64,000 bases of DNA from the human T2T-CHM13v2.0 reference genome, Homo sapiens, in assembly GCF_009914755.1 (NCBI RefSeq), contig NC_060926.1. One strand, 5' to 3'. Below the pieces are notes generated by a model, which was not told where the DNA came from, did not search any database, and was given only the letters and a program-made list of their open reading frames with translations. Positions within the stretch are counted from its first letter, which is position 1, and the number at the start of each line of letters is the position of its first letter. Of this stretch, positions 43,609 to 56,900 are shown one piece after another. Made by a program: the position numbers and the translations under genes.

Positions 43609-43891
43609 CTATGAACATTCTGAGAACATGACTGTGAAAAGTTTTTTTTATATGTTACTGAATGGAAGGAGGGTTAGAAATCAGCAGAGTATGCAAAAAC
43701 AGAGTAAAACAAAATGCCTAGGAATGAAAAAAAAAAGAGAGAGAGAGAGAGAGAGTCAGGGAGAGTAAGATAAAGTTTGGTCCCAGAGAAGATACAGTCA
43801 AGATTCCACTTTTTGCTATTCCACAGAGATTTCAGGAAGAAAAATCACACTCCTATTTTCTTTTTCTTTGCTTACTGATTTCTATTTAGCT

Positions 43892-43893
<2 letters not shown>

Positions 43894-43932
<39 letters not shown>

Positions 43933-43974
43933 AGAAAGCGTCTCACTCTCTTGCGCAGGCTGGAGTGCAGTGGC
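43894..43974 (-). mobile_element. Very short Alu 3' fragment with 38-nt poly(A)
   Basis: T38 followed by about 43 nt of Alu right-arm end. Confidence 0.85.
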
Positions 43975-44494
43975 TAGATTCTTCTTGAGTATGCTCAAAC
44001 TTCCTTTTTGGAATGTCTTCCAAAGGCACTCTTGCCTTCATTTGTACAAGTTGATTGACCCTTTAAAGGCCTTAAATATTATTGTGCGACCTCACAGACT
44101 CCTCAAATCACCTGAAACCTGAAATGCTGAGGCCCAGGTGGCACTGAAATGATGGTATTCTAGACCTGACACCGGACTGTTTTCTCCTTGGTTTTGTCCC
44201 AACACACTGACATACATAGCCCAAAATACTACTGGCCTTTTTAAGTGGCATATCACATTCCAGGGTAATATCAAAACTGCTGCCTGATAGCATTTGTGAA
44301 GTCTCAAAGTAACTCTTTCCAGGATTTTCAAATCCACTGAATTTCTTAGATTGAAATATGTATGTGACAGAATTCTCTTAGCTTTCTTTCCTCTATGAAT
44401 ATGTAATTGGAAACTCTGAGATCCGGTTTCTCATCTTTATTGGATTTTTTCTTTAATCTTAAAATTATGAATATTTGCTTTACAATAATCTAGA

Positions 44495-44801
44495 TAAGGA
44501 GTCCCCAACCTTTTTGGCACCAGGGACTGGTTTTGTGGAAGACAGTTGTTCCACGGACATTGTGGGGAGTGGGGGCTGGCATTAGAATCTCATAAGGAGC
44601 ACACAACCTAGATCCTGTGCATGCACAGTTCACAATAGGGTTTGTGCTCCTATGAGAATCTAATGCCGCCACTGATCTGACAGGAGGCGGAGCTCAGGCT
44701 GTAATGCTCCCTGGCCCACTGCTCACCTCCTACTGTGCGACCCAGTTCCTAACAGGCCAGGGACCAGTACTGGTCCGTGGCCCAGGGTTTGGGGACCCCT
44801 A
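44495..44801 (+). mobile_element. MER1B hAT MITE
   Basis: GTCCCCAACCTTTTTGGCACCAGGGAC...GGGGACCCCT termini. Confidence 0.85.
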
Positions 44802-46178
44802 ATCTGATGTTACTAAGTTACATCATTAATAATCTATTTCTCCTCACACAGATTTCTTTCCTCACATCCTCAACACATATAATTTCACATCTCCAAATGC
44901 AGCATTCCCTAATAATTACCCTTCTTACTCCATTCTGCCACCTCTGGCTCATTTTCACTTGCCATTCCATTTGATAATCTAGTAACTTCATTTTGCCAAC
45001 TTGATGAATTTGGTTCTAAGTAGTTTAAAAATTTAAGGACATACTATGTCAGTATTTACAGGTGCTTCTTATTTATTCTTCGGTATTCTCAAATGTTCAA
45101 TTTGAGGTCAAGTTTTGCTAAAAACAACTCATTGCAAATAGTAGATGTTTTATAAATATAAGATAAATTTCTTAAAATTCGTGCTGAGTTCTAAAGAGAA
45201 AACTTAGGTTACCAAGTAACATGATTTTCAGAACACCACCAATTTGCTATTTCAAGTCTAATTTTATATTAGACCGATTCCCAAAGCTTTTCCATTGTTA
45301 CAAAATTTTCAAAATACTGTACTTTTATTATACAAGGTTTGTGGCCTAGTTTTATTAATATTCCAAAAGACAAAATATTCAAACATTCAATTGTTTCATC
45401 AATAATTTAAACTAAATTTACTATTTTGATTAAAGATACAATGAGTATCTTTGCATGAAATAGATTACTAAATTCTATTTGAAAACTAATGTACACTTTT
45501 ATTCTAGTTTTTAAGGCAACATATGTTTATTTTGAACTTTATTTTAAGAAAACATACCAAAACAATGCCAAATTGTTTGGTAAGAAACAATACCAAAGCA
45601 TTTGAAAAAATAAATTATTAACAATAATAATTTTGTTGTGTAAAATTGTGAGTTATTTCATCATTTTATTAATTTATATTTCCCTTTTGCTTTATGTATT
45701 ACTTTTGCTTTATGTATTACTTTTGTCATAAGAAAAATAAGATGTAATATTCTATTTAAATTTTTTTTTTGTTTTATGCACTTTATGTTCCTTTTTTATG
45801 TACTTTATGTTCCTTTTCCTTTATGTATTACTTTTATTATAAGAAAAAATAAGATGTAATATTCTATTTTTAAAACAAAAACTTTATAAAGAAGAAAACA
45901 GAAATCCTAATTCTATAAACCAGAGATAACTATTATATTATCTTCAGGGCTTTTTCTAAGGAAAAACATGTTTGTTTTTTTTCCGTAATTGGGGCCATCC
46001 TAGATATATATGTTTGTAAGGTACTTTTTAATATACTATTATAACCTGGGCAATTTTATATGGAATTAAATATTCATTGAAACATTATGTTTAATGGTAC
46101 TATAATATTTCATCATTTGCCTAGACTATGATTTATTTAGCCATTCTTTCAACCTTCCAGCATTGTGTATGTAGACTG

Positions 46179-46515
<337 letters not shown>

Positions 46516-47374
46516 TATGTAGACTATTAATCTCTCCAATTTTGTTTGGGTTGAATTAGTTTTCCTACATGGGGATAGTTTGGTGGAAATGTCAGTCAAG
46601 GAACTGTTAGTTAAGTTTACTCTTAACTAAAAGGATCAGATTCATGACCCAAACTTGACCAACCAGATGTTTACTTCCTGGAATTTTGGTGTTAAACATG
46701 AATGTCAGGAAAAAAAAGAAAAAAAAAAAAAAAGAAAAAGAAAGAAAGACAAAGAGCCTGAAAGCAGTTGAGCTGATTCATTCTAGATTACAGCACCTTA
46801 CAGAAACCACCAAAAGTCTACCAACTGGGCTATCTGCTCTTATAGTTTTCTCTGCTCCTGGCATTTTTCAGTCTAGATTGTAGCTATCCCTTAACTCTGT
46901 GAACTATAATATCTTTTGAAGACATTGCTTTTATACTTAAATTAACCTGAGTCAGTTTCAGTTACTTATTGTAATACTTTAATTTTTTTTTACCAATTCC
47001 CCATGAATTCCTAATTTTATATCCTTTTCTGTCACTTTCCTCACTGAAATAAATGAGCATCTTAATTCTTATCACAGATCATGAATGTAAATGTGACATT
47101 ATAGGCACAGCAGTGGAATCAGTGTCACCATCATTTTATTTCTGCCCCCACTTTGTTAGTCATCATGCCTGTAATTACAAACCTAATTAATTGCCTTTAT
47201 TAGAATCTTAACACATACACAGATAACTCATTATTATCCAGTAGGAGGAGGGTATGAATAATGAAAATCCATCATTTATAAAATAACCACAACAGTTTCA
47301 TCAACAACAAAAAAATATCAATTTAACCTTCTTTGCTTATGATTTTAGTAGTCATAAGTATTGCCAGAGACAAC

Positions 47375-47752
47375 TGTTAGAGGCTGAATTGTATCCTCCC
47401 CAAATCCATATGTTGGAGTCTCAAACTCCGGTACCTCAGAATGTGACTGTGTTAGGAGTTAGAGCCTTTGAAGAAGTGGTTTAGTGAAATGAGACTTTTA
47501 GGGTGAACCACAATCCAATATGACTTGTGTCCTTAAAAGAAGATGAAATTTAGACAGAAAAGAGACACCAGGAATGCACATGCACAGAGGAAAAGACAGA
47601 CATCAGCAAGCCAAGGAGACGGGCTTTAGAAGACACCAAACTTCCCAGTACCTTGTTCTTGGACTTCGAGCCTCCAGAACTGTGATAAATACTGTTATTT
47701 AAGCCACCCTGTCTGTGGTACTTTGTCATGGTAGCCCAAGTTAACTAATACA
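47375..47752 (+). mobile_element. MLT1 (MaLR) LTR
   Basis: GGCTGAATTGTATCCTCCCCAAA...CCTCCAGAACTGTGA...AACTAATACA. Confidence 0.85.
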
Positions 47753-48194
47753 GAAACCAACCCTATTTGAATGGCACACCTCTATCTCAAGTTCAGTAGT
47801 TTCCCCAATGGTATCTGTGAAACAAAAGCATACTAGCAAAATATATTACAAAGAACATGGATAATATTTGTGTAACTTTGGGAAAGCATGTGCAATACAG
47901 TAAATATGTTTCTTTGGAATAAATATAACCTTTCCCTGGAAATATTTGCTCATTATCTCCTTAAATTTTCAGTGGAGTCACAAATGAATATGTTTCCAAT
48001 AATGAGAAGAAACATTTTGTTGTGAAGTTAGATCAATAAAGTGTTTAATAGTTAAGGGTATATGGATCAGTTTTCTGATTCTTTAAAGTTATGTGGATTC
48101 TCAAGAACAAAGAATCTCACTGACCTTTTCTTAAAAGATATATCCCTAGTACCCACTGTAAGAAATAATTGATGCTAAAATCATAAACGCATGG

Positions 48195-48500
48195 ACAACA
48201 ATGTTAATAAGACAATTCACCGGGGAAAGAATTGTCTTTTCAACACGTGGTGCTGGGACAACTAGATATGAACAAACAAAAGAGTAATGCTGAACCCCTA
48301 CCTCACATTATATGCAAAAAGTTGACTCAGAATGAATCCTAGATCTAAATGCAAGAGCTAAAATTATACAACTAGTTGAAAAATAATAGAAGTAAATTTT
48401 TATGACCTCAGATTAGGCAACGGTTTCTTATACATGAGACTAAAAGCACAAGTGACAAAAGAAAAAAGTTAGAGTAGATTCTTCATCAAAATTAAATCTA
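48195..48500 (+). mobile_element. L1M ORF2 fragment
   Basis: TCTTTTCAACACGTGGTGCTGGGACAACT...TTCATCAAAATT. Confidence 0.7.
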
Positions 48501-49069
48501 AGTTTGTAGGTAGAGCACCAGAGGAGAAACAGGCAATATGATAAGGCAAAGACTTTTGACCATTTACAGAGAAAAGCTAAAATGTCAGGTTGATTCTAAG
48601 TTAGAAGAGAAGCAAATTCACATTTTCTAGAGAAGAACTACAGTGTCCATAGGTAACTGAGAATGAGGGGAAGCAAATAGTGAAAAAAATATAAAAAGAT
48701 AAACCATTGGAATATGAGTCTTGAAGGAATAAAAATATGGTAACAAAAGTTTTAACATAGATGAAAATGAAAGCTGATGTTTATCAAATTATTTTGAAAT
48801 CACATTCCTACTCATTCATTTGCAAAAAAAAAAAAAAAAAGATTTGTTCAAATCCCTCCAAGCAGCTCCTGTGTCCTGGCCACTATGGGGGATGTAAACA
48901 CTGGTTTTCATGCTTAGTGTCTCTTTCTTGCCTGCACCTGGTCAGTGTATCATTTCTGGAGGAAGAAAAACTGACTGGGTGACTATATCATTCTAACCAA
49001 TGATCTCATTCAAACAATTTTTTTTTCATCAAATAGTACCTTTTCAATATTTTTTAATTTTTAAAAAAG

Positions 49070-49179
49070 TTTTTAGACAAGAGCAGTAGTGAGAAGAGGG
49101 GAAAGCGTAGAACAAGGAGTTTGATCTGTAACTGACTGTGAACAATCAACTGAGATAACTCACTACCTTTGGATCAGTT
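49070..49179 (-). pseudogene. Y1 RNA (RNY1) retropseudogene
   Basis: Minus strand AAGGTAGTGAGTTATCTCAGTTGATTGTTCACAGTCAGTTACAGATCAAACTCCTTGTTCTAC... matches hY1; TSD CTTTTCAA(T/C)ATTTTT at 49040-49054 and 49180-49194. Confidence 0.92.
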
Positions 49180-49844
49180 CTTTTCAACATTTTTGAGGCA
49201 ATTTTTTTGCATTCTAGGAACTGCAACATTTTTTCAGAGAACTTTACAAACTCTCAAAACTTTTTTTTGTGAAAATGACTGATTTATGTTTTTTTTAAAC
49301 CTAATAACTTGTTAACATTGAATGTTTTAAATTTATTTGACATAACTCTTTGATTTGTTTTTTTAAAAGTCGGGGGCAGTTAGAGCCCTAAGCCCAATCT
49401 CTGAGATTCCACAGATCTGGCTGCACACCTCTATGGTGCTATTTCTGTTCGTTTCTTTTACTTTCAGGATCACCCACAAGGTTTGTGCCACTCTTCATAC
49501 CTGTGAGGCACTTCACCCTTTAGCACCTTTGATTCAATCCATCATTGGCCTCATTAGATTTCTGCTTAAAAAAACTTTTTCTCCACCTTTTTCATTATTT
49601 TCTGTTTGCATGCCCCTCTCATCCTCACTATCTCTTTATCTTGCAGTATTTTTCTTCAAAGAACTTACATTTACTGACATTTCTTTGCACATTGATTTGC
49701 CTACTGTCCAACTCTATCACCAGACTGAAAGCTGCATGTGGGTAGGAATTTTGCTTTATTCACCACATTCCTGCACTTAGAACGCAGACCCTTCTATCTT
49801 CTATTGTACAGGAGAGCTTTTTTTTTTTTAATTTTTTAACAAAT

Positions 49845-50153
49845 AGCCCGGTGTGATGGCTCACTCCTGTAATCCCAGCACTTTGGGAGGCTGAGGCAGG
49901 CAGATCACTTGAGGTCAGGAGATCGAGACTAGCCGGGCCAACATAGTGAAACCCCATCTCTACAAAATACAAAAATTAGCCAGGCATGGTGACACTCGCC
50001 TGTAGTCCCAGCTACTCGGGAGGCTGAGGCAGGAGAATCACTTCAACCCGGGAGGCAGAAATTGCAGTGAGCCAAGAACGTGCCACTGCACTGCAGCCTG
50101 GGTGACAGAGTGAGACTCTGTCTCAAAAAAACAACAAACAAACAAACAAACAA
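49845..50153 (+). mobile_element. AluS with (CAAA)n tail
   Basis: Full Alu. Confidence 0.93.
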
Positions 50154-50339
50154 ATGGAGTGGATTTGGGTAATCATTCTAAACCAAACTGTTTTTGGAAT
50201 TTTGGCATGTCAGAAAGCAGATGAATTACAGCTCACATGTACGACTGCACCCAACTTCAGTCCTGAGTCTCTTGGCTAAGCTGTAGCTCTACCATCACAT
50301 GGATGATGAGCAAACATCAAGAACACAGACGCCGTGGCC

Positions 50340-50530
50340 ACGGTGTGGCTGGACTGCTTGGATTCTGCCACTTACTAACTGTATAACCCAGCAAGTTAAT
50401 TGAACCTCACTGTGCCTTGGTTTTGTCACCTGTAAAATTAACAATAGTATCTACCTCATAGGATTAAATGAGATCATATTTGCAAAGTACTGCTTAGGAT
50501 AGTGGCTGGCACAGAGTAAATGCTATATGT
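50340..50530 (+). mobile_element. MIR
   Basis: CTGCCACTTACTAACTGT...ACCTCATAGGATTAAATGAG. Confidence 0.75.
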
Positions 50531-52501
50531 TTTTGATAAATAAAACAATTAATAAATGGAAATCTAGGAATGTGGACAAAATTTAAAAGTTGGAAAAGCA
50601 AACTTTGGGGCAGCTTGGGGAATTCTGTCACAACTTCTTTTTCTGATCACAAGTGCAATGAGAATAAATTTCTTCCCACCCTACCCTAAACTAATGCAAT
50701 CTCAATTGAGCGGTGGAACATGCTTCATTCACTAATTAGAATTTAAAAAGGAAGTGATAACCTCACGGAGCACAGCCCCATTGACCCTGAGGGTGACTAT
50801 ACAGGACCTTCAATTGCTGATTCTCTCCCATCCTTCTCTGGGATCTGTTTCTCCCACCCTCCCCATTCTGAGGTAGCTGGAAGAGAGTAGGCTTTGTGCC
50901 CTTTGGCGAGTACAGGGAGAAAATAGTAGGTTCAGCCTCTCCAACTGCCCAGGGAGAAAGCAATACCTTTCAAGGTCCCCAGGCTAAATTTTGGAGGGAT
51001 GCTTTTGTGTGTCACTGTCAGGCTCACACCGACATAAACCCTTGAGAAATGCCTGGTTGGTGACGTCCTAGAGGTAACACCAAGCAAGCCCCAGATTTTC
51101 TCTTCTTCGTCAGCAATTCCCAGATGAGGTGCTCTTGTGTTTACCCTCTCTGATTGTCTGGATTCCCTGATAGTACCCTCTATACAAGGAACTAGAATGT
51201 TTCTTACTGGATTCCTCTGTTGGTGGTGATAGAGTTTACTTTGGGTATCTAGTCGGTCTGGTTGCCCCTGGTATCTCTGGTTGGTACAACAGAATCCTGA
51301 CTGAGCTCCTTAGTGCCTTCTTGAATACTGTATAATTAACTAGGCCTCCAATTGTGCTCCGCCTTGCCCCAGCCCATAGATGGACAATCCCTCCTGCCAT
51401 GTCTTAAAGAGAAATTACCATAATAAATGACTCTCCAGACAGCACATTTCCCAGCAAGAGGGGGCATGTAAACCAAGTCTATTAGTATTGGCAGCAAAAT
51501 CCAATGTGTTATTGTTACCAGTATGAACACTCTGGGTATCCTGGCCTCCTATATAGATATTTGAAACAAAACAGACAAACAATGTGAAGGAAGGAGGAAA
51601 AACAGCCACACAAATGAGTTACAGTGAGTTTAATGAAAACTAATTCCATTGCTGGGTCCATGTGATATAACCAGCCACTTGTGCTCTGTTCTAGTGGTTT
51701 ATAATGTTACCTCACCCTCTCCAAGAAATTGGTTTCCCGTAAATCTCTGTGGCCATTCATTCCTGTCTACACATTATGTTCCTAAAATAGACACCAGCTA
51801 AAAATCTCTTCCAGGAGCTTTGTGAAGGAAGGCCTAAATTGCAAAACTCCTCCTAGAAGAGAGATGTGATTTTGTAATTGCTTCATTGCAATTACAAAAG
51901 CAACAATCATAAAAGAGAGTTTTAAAAGAGTTTTTCACCACAGTCATTCTCCTGAAATGCACAGCTGAGGGAAAGAAGAATGTCAGATGCCCCGCGAACG
52001 TGCAGAAGCTCCCAGTTGCATCACCCTGGCGTGCCAGGTATTGCAGCAAATAGGAAAGGTAAGCTACCCACTTCTCTGGGCAGGAGAAACTAAAGCAGGA
52101 ATCACCAACCTCAGCATGGAATTTTCCTATTTCTGTCTGGCAACATCCTCTTGGGATGATTTAAAGTGCTTTTTGGAGAAATATGTTCTGTTACTATACT
52201 AGCGCATCAGAAATACCACGTGAACCTGTAAATCCATAGAAGAAGAAGCCACATTTTATAGGTGTGATAGCAACAGCAATTGGCAATTTGCAAGTTTGCT
52301 ACTGCACTCAGAAATATTTAGTCACATGCACATATTGACAGTAATATACCCTGCCTTGACTTAATTGTTGCATTGGACAGGTGAAAAGCACATACCCACC
52401 ACTCCAGACCGATTTGTTAACAATCACCAGTGAGTAATCAAAGAGAACAAAAAGAAATGAGAAGTAAATGCAGCAAGTGGGTCGGGTCTTTAAACACATA
52501 C

Positions 52502-52588
52502 CTCAAACAGGTAGGAGTCAGGAAATCCATGATAGCAAAGACATTTGGACAAGCCTCACCTCCACTCAGAAATAATTCTTATGCTGTT
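52502..52588 (-). other. SCN1A: SCN1A 5'UTR exon (87 nt)
   Basis: Acceptor CTTGCTTTTCAG| at 52589, donor GAG|GTATGT at 52501; matches recalled mRNA. Confidence 0.88.
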
Positions 52589-53161
52589 CTGAAAAGCAAG
52601 ACGGTTCACACTAGGAACTGAGCAGTATCTGCAGTATCATTGCTGGTTGTGACCTCTGTCTAAGTAAAAGTAAGTCAATGTTTCCTATTTGGCATTGGAT
52701 AGAAAAGGGGACTCTTTACCACTTTGCTCAAGCTCTTTTTTAGTGTGGCTCAATAGGAGTTGGCAGAGGTGGGGGGCGGAAATCATTGCCCCTTCCTTGT
52801 TCAAGGCATGAGGCATTTCTTCTCAAAAGCCCAGCCTCAGCCTCAGGAAGCTGAATACCCCTGCAATGCTAGGCTCCAGCAGCAGCCCCGCTGCCTTCTT
52901 TCTTCCTGTGGAGTTAAAACTGAGATCTAATTTTTGCTCCGTCCTTAAGAACAATATGACCTCTATTCCCAGCCAGCTAGTCCACTTCCAAAGCACCAGT
53001 GAAGGAGGGGGCTTCAACAGGATCAAAAGGGACCTTGAATAGGATGAAGGCAAGCAAAGGCAAGAACTGGCCAGATGCCAAGCTATTTCAGGCCAAAGAA
53101 TCCCATCTTCTATCAAAATGCTGAACTGCAAAACAAACCTGATTTCAGTTCATGGAAGGTT

Positions 53162-53215
53162 GAGAGAGGAGGGGGGAGGGGAGGGGAGGAGAAGAGGAGG
53201 AGAGGGAGGAGGGGG
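53162..53215 (+). repeat. Polypurine GA/G-rich tract
   Basis: GAGAGAGGAGGGGGGAGGGGAGGGGAGGAGAAGAGGAGGAGAGGGAGGAGGGGG. Confidence 0.9.
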
Positions 53216-53348
53216 ACAGTTGGTCTGAATACACATACAAAAATGGACTTCCTGCTCTGCCCAAACTGAATTTCCATGGACTCTTTTTCCAAAGGAATAA
53301 CTGGAATGAATAAACTTAAAATCAAGATGAAACAATTAGATGGCTTAC

Positions 53349-53598
53349 CTGATTAAAAGGAAAATTATCCATCTGCAGTGAGGAACAGCATCACCCAAAG
53401 ACGAGATGATAACAATGTGCCTTCAGTTGCAATTGTTCAGATTCCTTCTTGCAAAAGGTGTCAAAGTATTTACAAGGGCTGCAGTCTCACTGGGGCAGAA
53501 CACACAGACACACAAACACACACAAACGCACACATACACACATGCACCAGAGACCTCTGCAGTATCCTCTCGGCTTCATCCTCGCCTCACTCTATGGT
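53349..53598 (-). other. SCN1A: SCN1A non-coding first exon 1b/hB (250 nt)
   Basis: Ends in a strong donor CAG|GTAAGC at 53349/53348; contains a (TG)n-like tract; matches the recalled 5' end of the main SCN1A mRNA. The TSS position is from recall. Confidence 0.9.
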
Positions 53599-53900
53599 AC
53601 CTAATACAAATCAGCAAATAGCTTGTTTCAAAAAAAAAAAAAAAAAAAAGTCAAGACAGCACCTTACATTACATCGCCATCTAGTGGCTAAATATTAAAC
53701 ACTTTCTCACAATCCAGATTTATGATTTCTTCCTCAACCTCTTTTCTCTCAGCCTTTTTTCCTTTCTTCTCTGTAATCTCCCAGTATTGCTTCTCCTTGC
53801 TTCTCTTTCATTCCCTATTGCTATATAATATCATGAACCTAATGACTCAAAGAGGAAAAGGTTTGAAAGTAAATATAGCTATTTTCAAGTAGTACTTGAA
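53599..53900 (-). promoter_or_regulatory. SCN1A: SCN1A 1b promoter (no CpG island) with CTCF motif and T-tract
   Basis: Directly upstream of exon 1b; GCCACTAGATGGCG (minus, 53688-53675); ~20-nt A/T run at 53630-53649. Confidence 0.75.
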
Positions 53901-56900
53901 AAACTTTAGCATTATTTTAGTTTGAAACTGTTACTTTATTCCTAATATGAATCATTGTTATCTATAAAAATGATATATCTTATAAATAAAACTGTCTTTT
54001 TATTCCACCAGGAAACAATCAGGTGGCCCTTTATTACAGATCTATGGCTTCACATTTTTCTGTTTTAATATTGTGTTTTAGGATTAGGTTTCATATTATA
54101 GTGAACAGCTCAGAGTCACAAAATGTAAGTTTTACTTCAACACTGATGAACACATGCCTTTAACAAAGCCACTGAAGTCTTCTATGGACATTTACATTCT
54201 TACTATCTTCATCTGTAATTACAGATTAAACAAGACTTTCAACCCACTCTCAATTTCTATGGTTTTACTATATTTTACTCCAATGTTTTCCCATCTTGTG
54301 GACACAGCCTAAAGCTTAATTATAATAACACATTTTAATAAGCAAATATATATAGAAAGAGAGTCCAATTGCCTATTACCCAAAGATAGAATTATAAAAA
54401 CCATGAATATCAGTTTTTTCTAAGACAATAAAAATCCATGCTAAACTAATTATAACTCTTGGAACTGAGAGTAGAGCTTTTTATGTTATATATTGTATTC
54501 TAAAATGGAATCAGCCTTAAACATTCAGTCATACATAAAATCACGATTATGTGTAGATTAGTCATTGGAAGTAAATATTTCATCCTCATTATTTTTCTTT
54601 TGCCATCTAACACACTTATTACAATCATTGCATGTGTTTTATCATTTATCAATATAACCTTCAATATTTAATCCTTCTCTTCCTTATTACAGGATGGTGA
54701 GATAAATACTATTAATGTTATTATATTATAATTATTCCTATTTATACTTGAGAACACTGAAGCTTTCTGAGCCTTACTGAGGTTTATTCAAGACCACATA
54801 GCTTGCAAAGCAATAAAACTAAGGCTGTTGGTCCCAAGAGCCCAAAGAATAATCCACTGTTCTTTGCAACATACCTAAAAGTTCACCATTTTTTCCTGTT
54901 CTAGAATCACAGAAAAGTAATTTTGATTTCTATGTTTACAAAACATTTACTAGCCCTTAATTATGGACCAATGGGTCCATCTTGTGGATCCATCTTTTTA
55001 TCTATAAAAGAAAGAAATTAAGTAAGATAATTTCCTGCTCCAGCTCAAAAACTCTATCCAGTGCTTTCCCAAAAGCCAGTTGGAGTAGCATGAACACATT
55101 CATTTGAAGTTACTCAGTGTCTGGGAAATGATGTTGCCCAGTATCTGGTAGAGTCAGGGCAAAGTTGAAAGAAGATGAGGAGACAGGTGATCAACAACTG
55201 GTAAACGATTGCCAAGATGTTAGAGATGAAAAGAGAGTGGGAACTGCATGAACTAACAGGCAATTTTTTTAGAATAATACATTCCATATGAATAGTACTT
55301 AGAGATTAGATATGTAAAAACACAAAATAAGAACATACCTGGCCACATGTTTTAATGAATTCTAATTGCATATTATAGGTGCCAATTTTTCTGAGTGTCT
55401 GCTCTTAACAATTCCCCCAATAGTCCTTCTCCCCTGATCCTTAGTGGTAAACCTACCCTCTTGCTACAGAGGACTGGAGCAAGAGAGGGTATCTACGCAG
55501 CTGACCTGGTCAAAGAGAGCCACTACATGTGATTCTGGCAGCTATGGAGTCAGCTTTCCCTCACCATGGGGACTCAGGACCAGGTGGACCAGGATACTGA
55601 AATAGCAGCCAGCCACACAGATGTGGAGGAAGAAGTGACAAAAGACAGAGACAGACTGTTTCCATCTCCAGTCTACTCAAGATCCAAACACTTTCTTGAT
55701 GTTGAGTCCCATGATAAACTCAAACTCCATGTTTGCTTAAGTGAACTTGGTTTCTGTTGAACTATGGAGTCCTAACCACTTCATTAGCTTCAAGAAAGTT
55801 GCCAGTACTGCATCTATCAAGTATTATTCATATTCTGGGCATCTGACACTTCATTTATTCACTTCTTCATGCACCTGATATATGCCAGGCACTTTTCCAG
55901 ATACTTAAGTAACATCGGCAAACAAACCAGATCAAAACCCTCCCTTTGTGGAGTTTACATTGACATGTCAGTCATATGGAAAGGCACAACGCATTCAGCG
56001 TGCACACTACCTTTCTTCCGCCTCCATGTCTTTGTTCACAACCTTCACTTCTCTTGGCAGACCTTTCATCCATCTACACATAGCAAATTCGGCGGATATT
56101 TTAAATGTCTGGGTCAAATATTCTCTCTTCTCCAACGTCTTTTCTATTTTCTCAGCAGATAGAATTCTTTTTTCTTTTGTTAATTATAGAACAATTTTAT
56201 GTTGTATCTTATGAAACATGGTCATTTGACAAGTTGAAAGCATTGAGCATAAGGAGATAAATGACTATTCTCATACAGACTCCTAGAAAAGGCCAATATC
56301 CCAAGCATGGCCCAAAGAGTACTATTAACTAACAACTCATCATTCTGTACACAGATACTTCATTCATCAGAGCTGAAGCAGTTTTACAGTATTAGTAACT
56401 TTAAATCTTCCATGTTTCAGACTGAGCATAAAGGCAAAATATGAGATTTTTATTAAATTAGTGTAATATGCACTTAAGATCACATATTTATTTTTTAAAG
56501 TTAGCAGAAGATATTAAAACAAAACTCTGTGCTACCCTATGTCACTACTACACTTATCCCATTTGACCTTGTTCTAAGAGTTTTATATATGTATCTTATT
56601 TGGCTCCCAGAATGTAAACTCCCTGTGGAACCAGCTTTGCATTTTATTTTTTTTTTGTAGATTAATTTATTGAGAGATAATTTTGTCTCTTTCTCACTGT
56701 TACGTTTCCAACTTCAAAAAATGAAAAACTAATCTTCCTCTGCCCCCGTTGGTAAAGTTAGCCATTCCAGGAACCCCTTTGTAATCTTGTTTCAGAAGCT
56801 GGAAAAAATTAGCTGCCTACTTCCTAGGTGACAATACTTCAATCTGTAATGCATAAACCTGCTAAACAGGCTGAGGGGGCATGGCTGTGGCTTTTTTATG

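Noticed and set aside
51450-51470. CTCF-like CAGCAAGAGGGGGCAT
   Set aside because: Several mismatches in the core and probably inside an old repeat; too weak without ChIP data.
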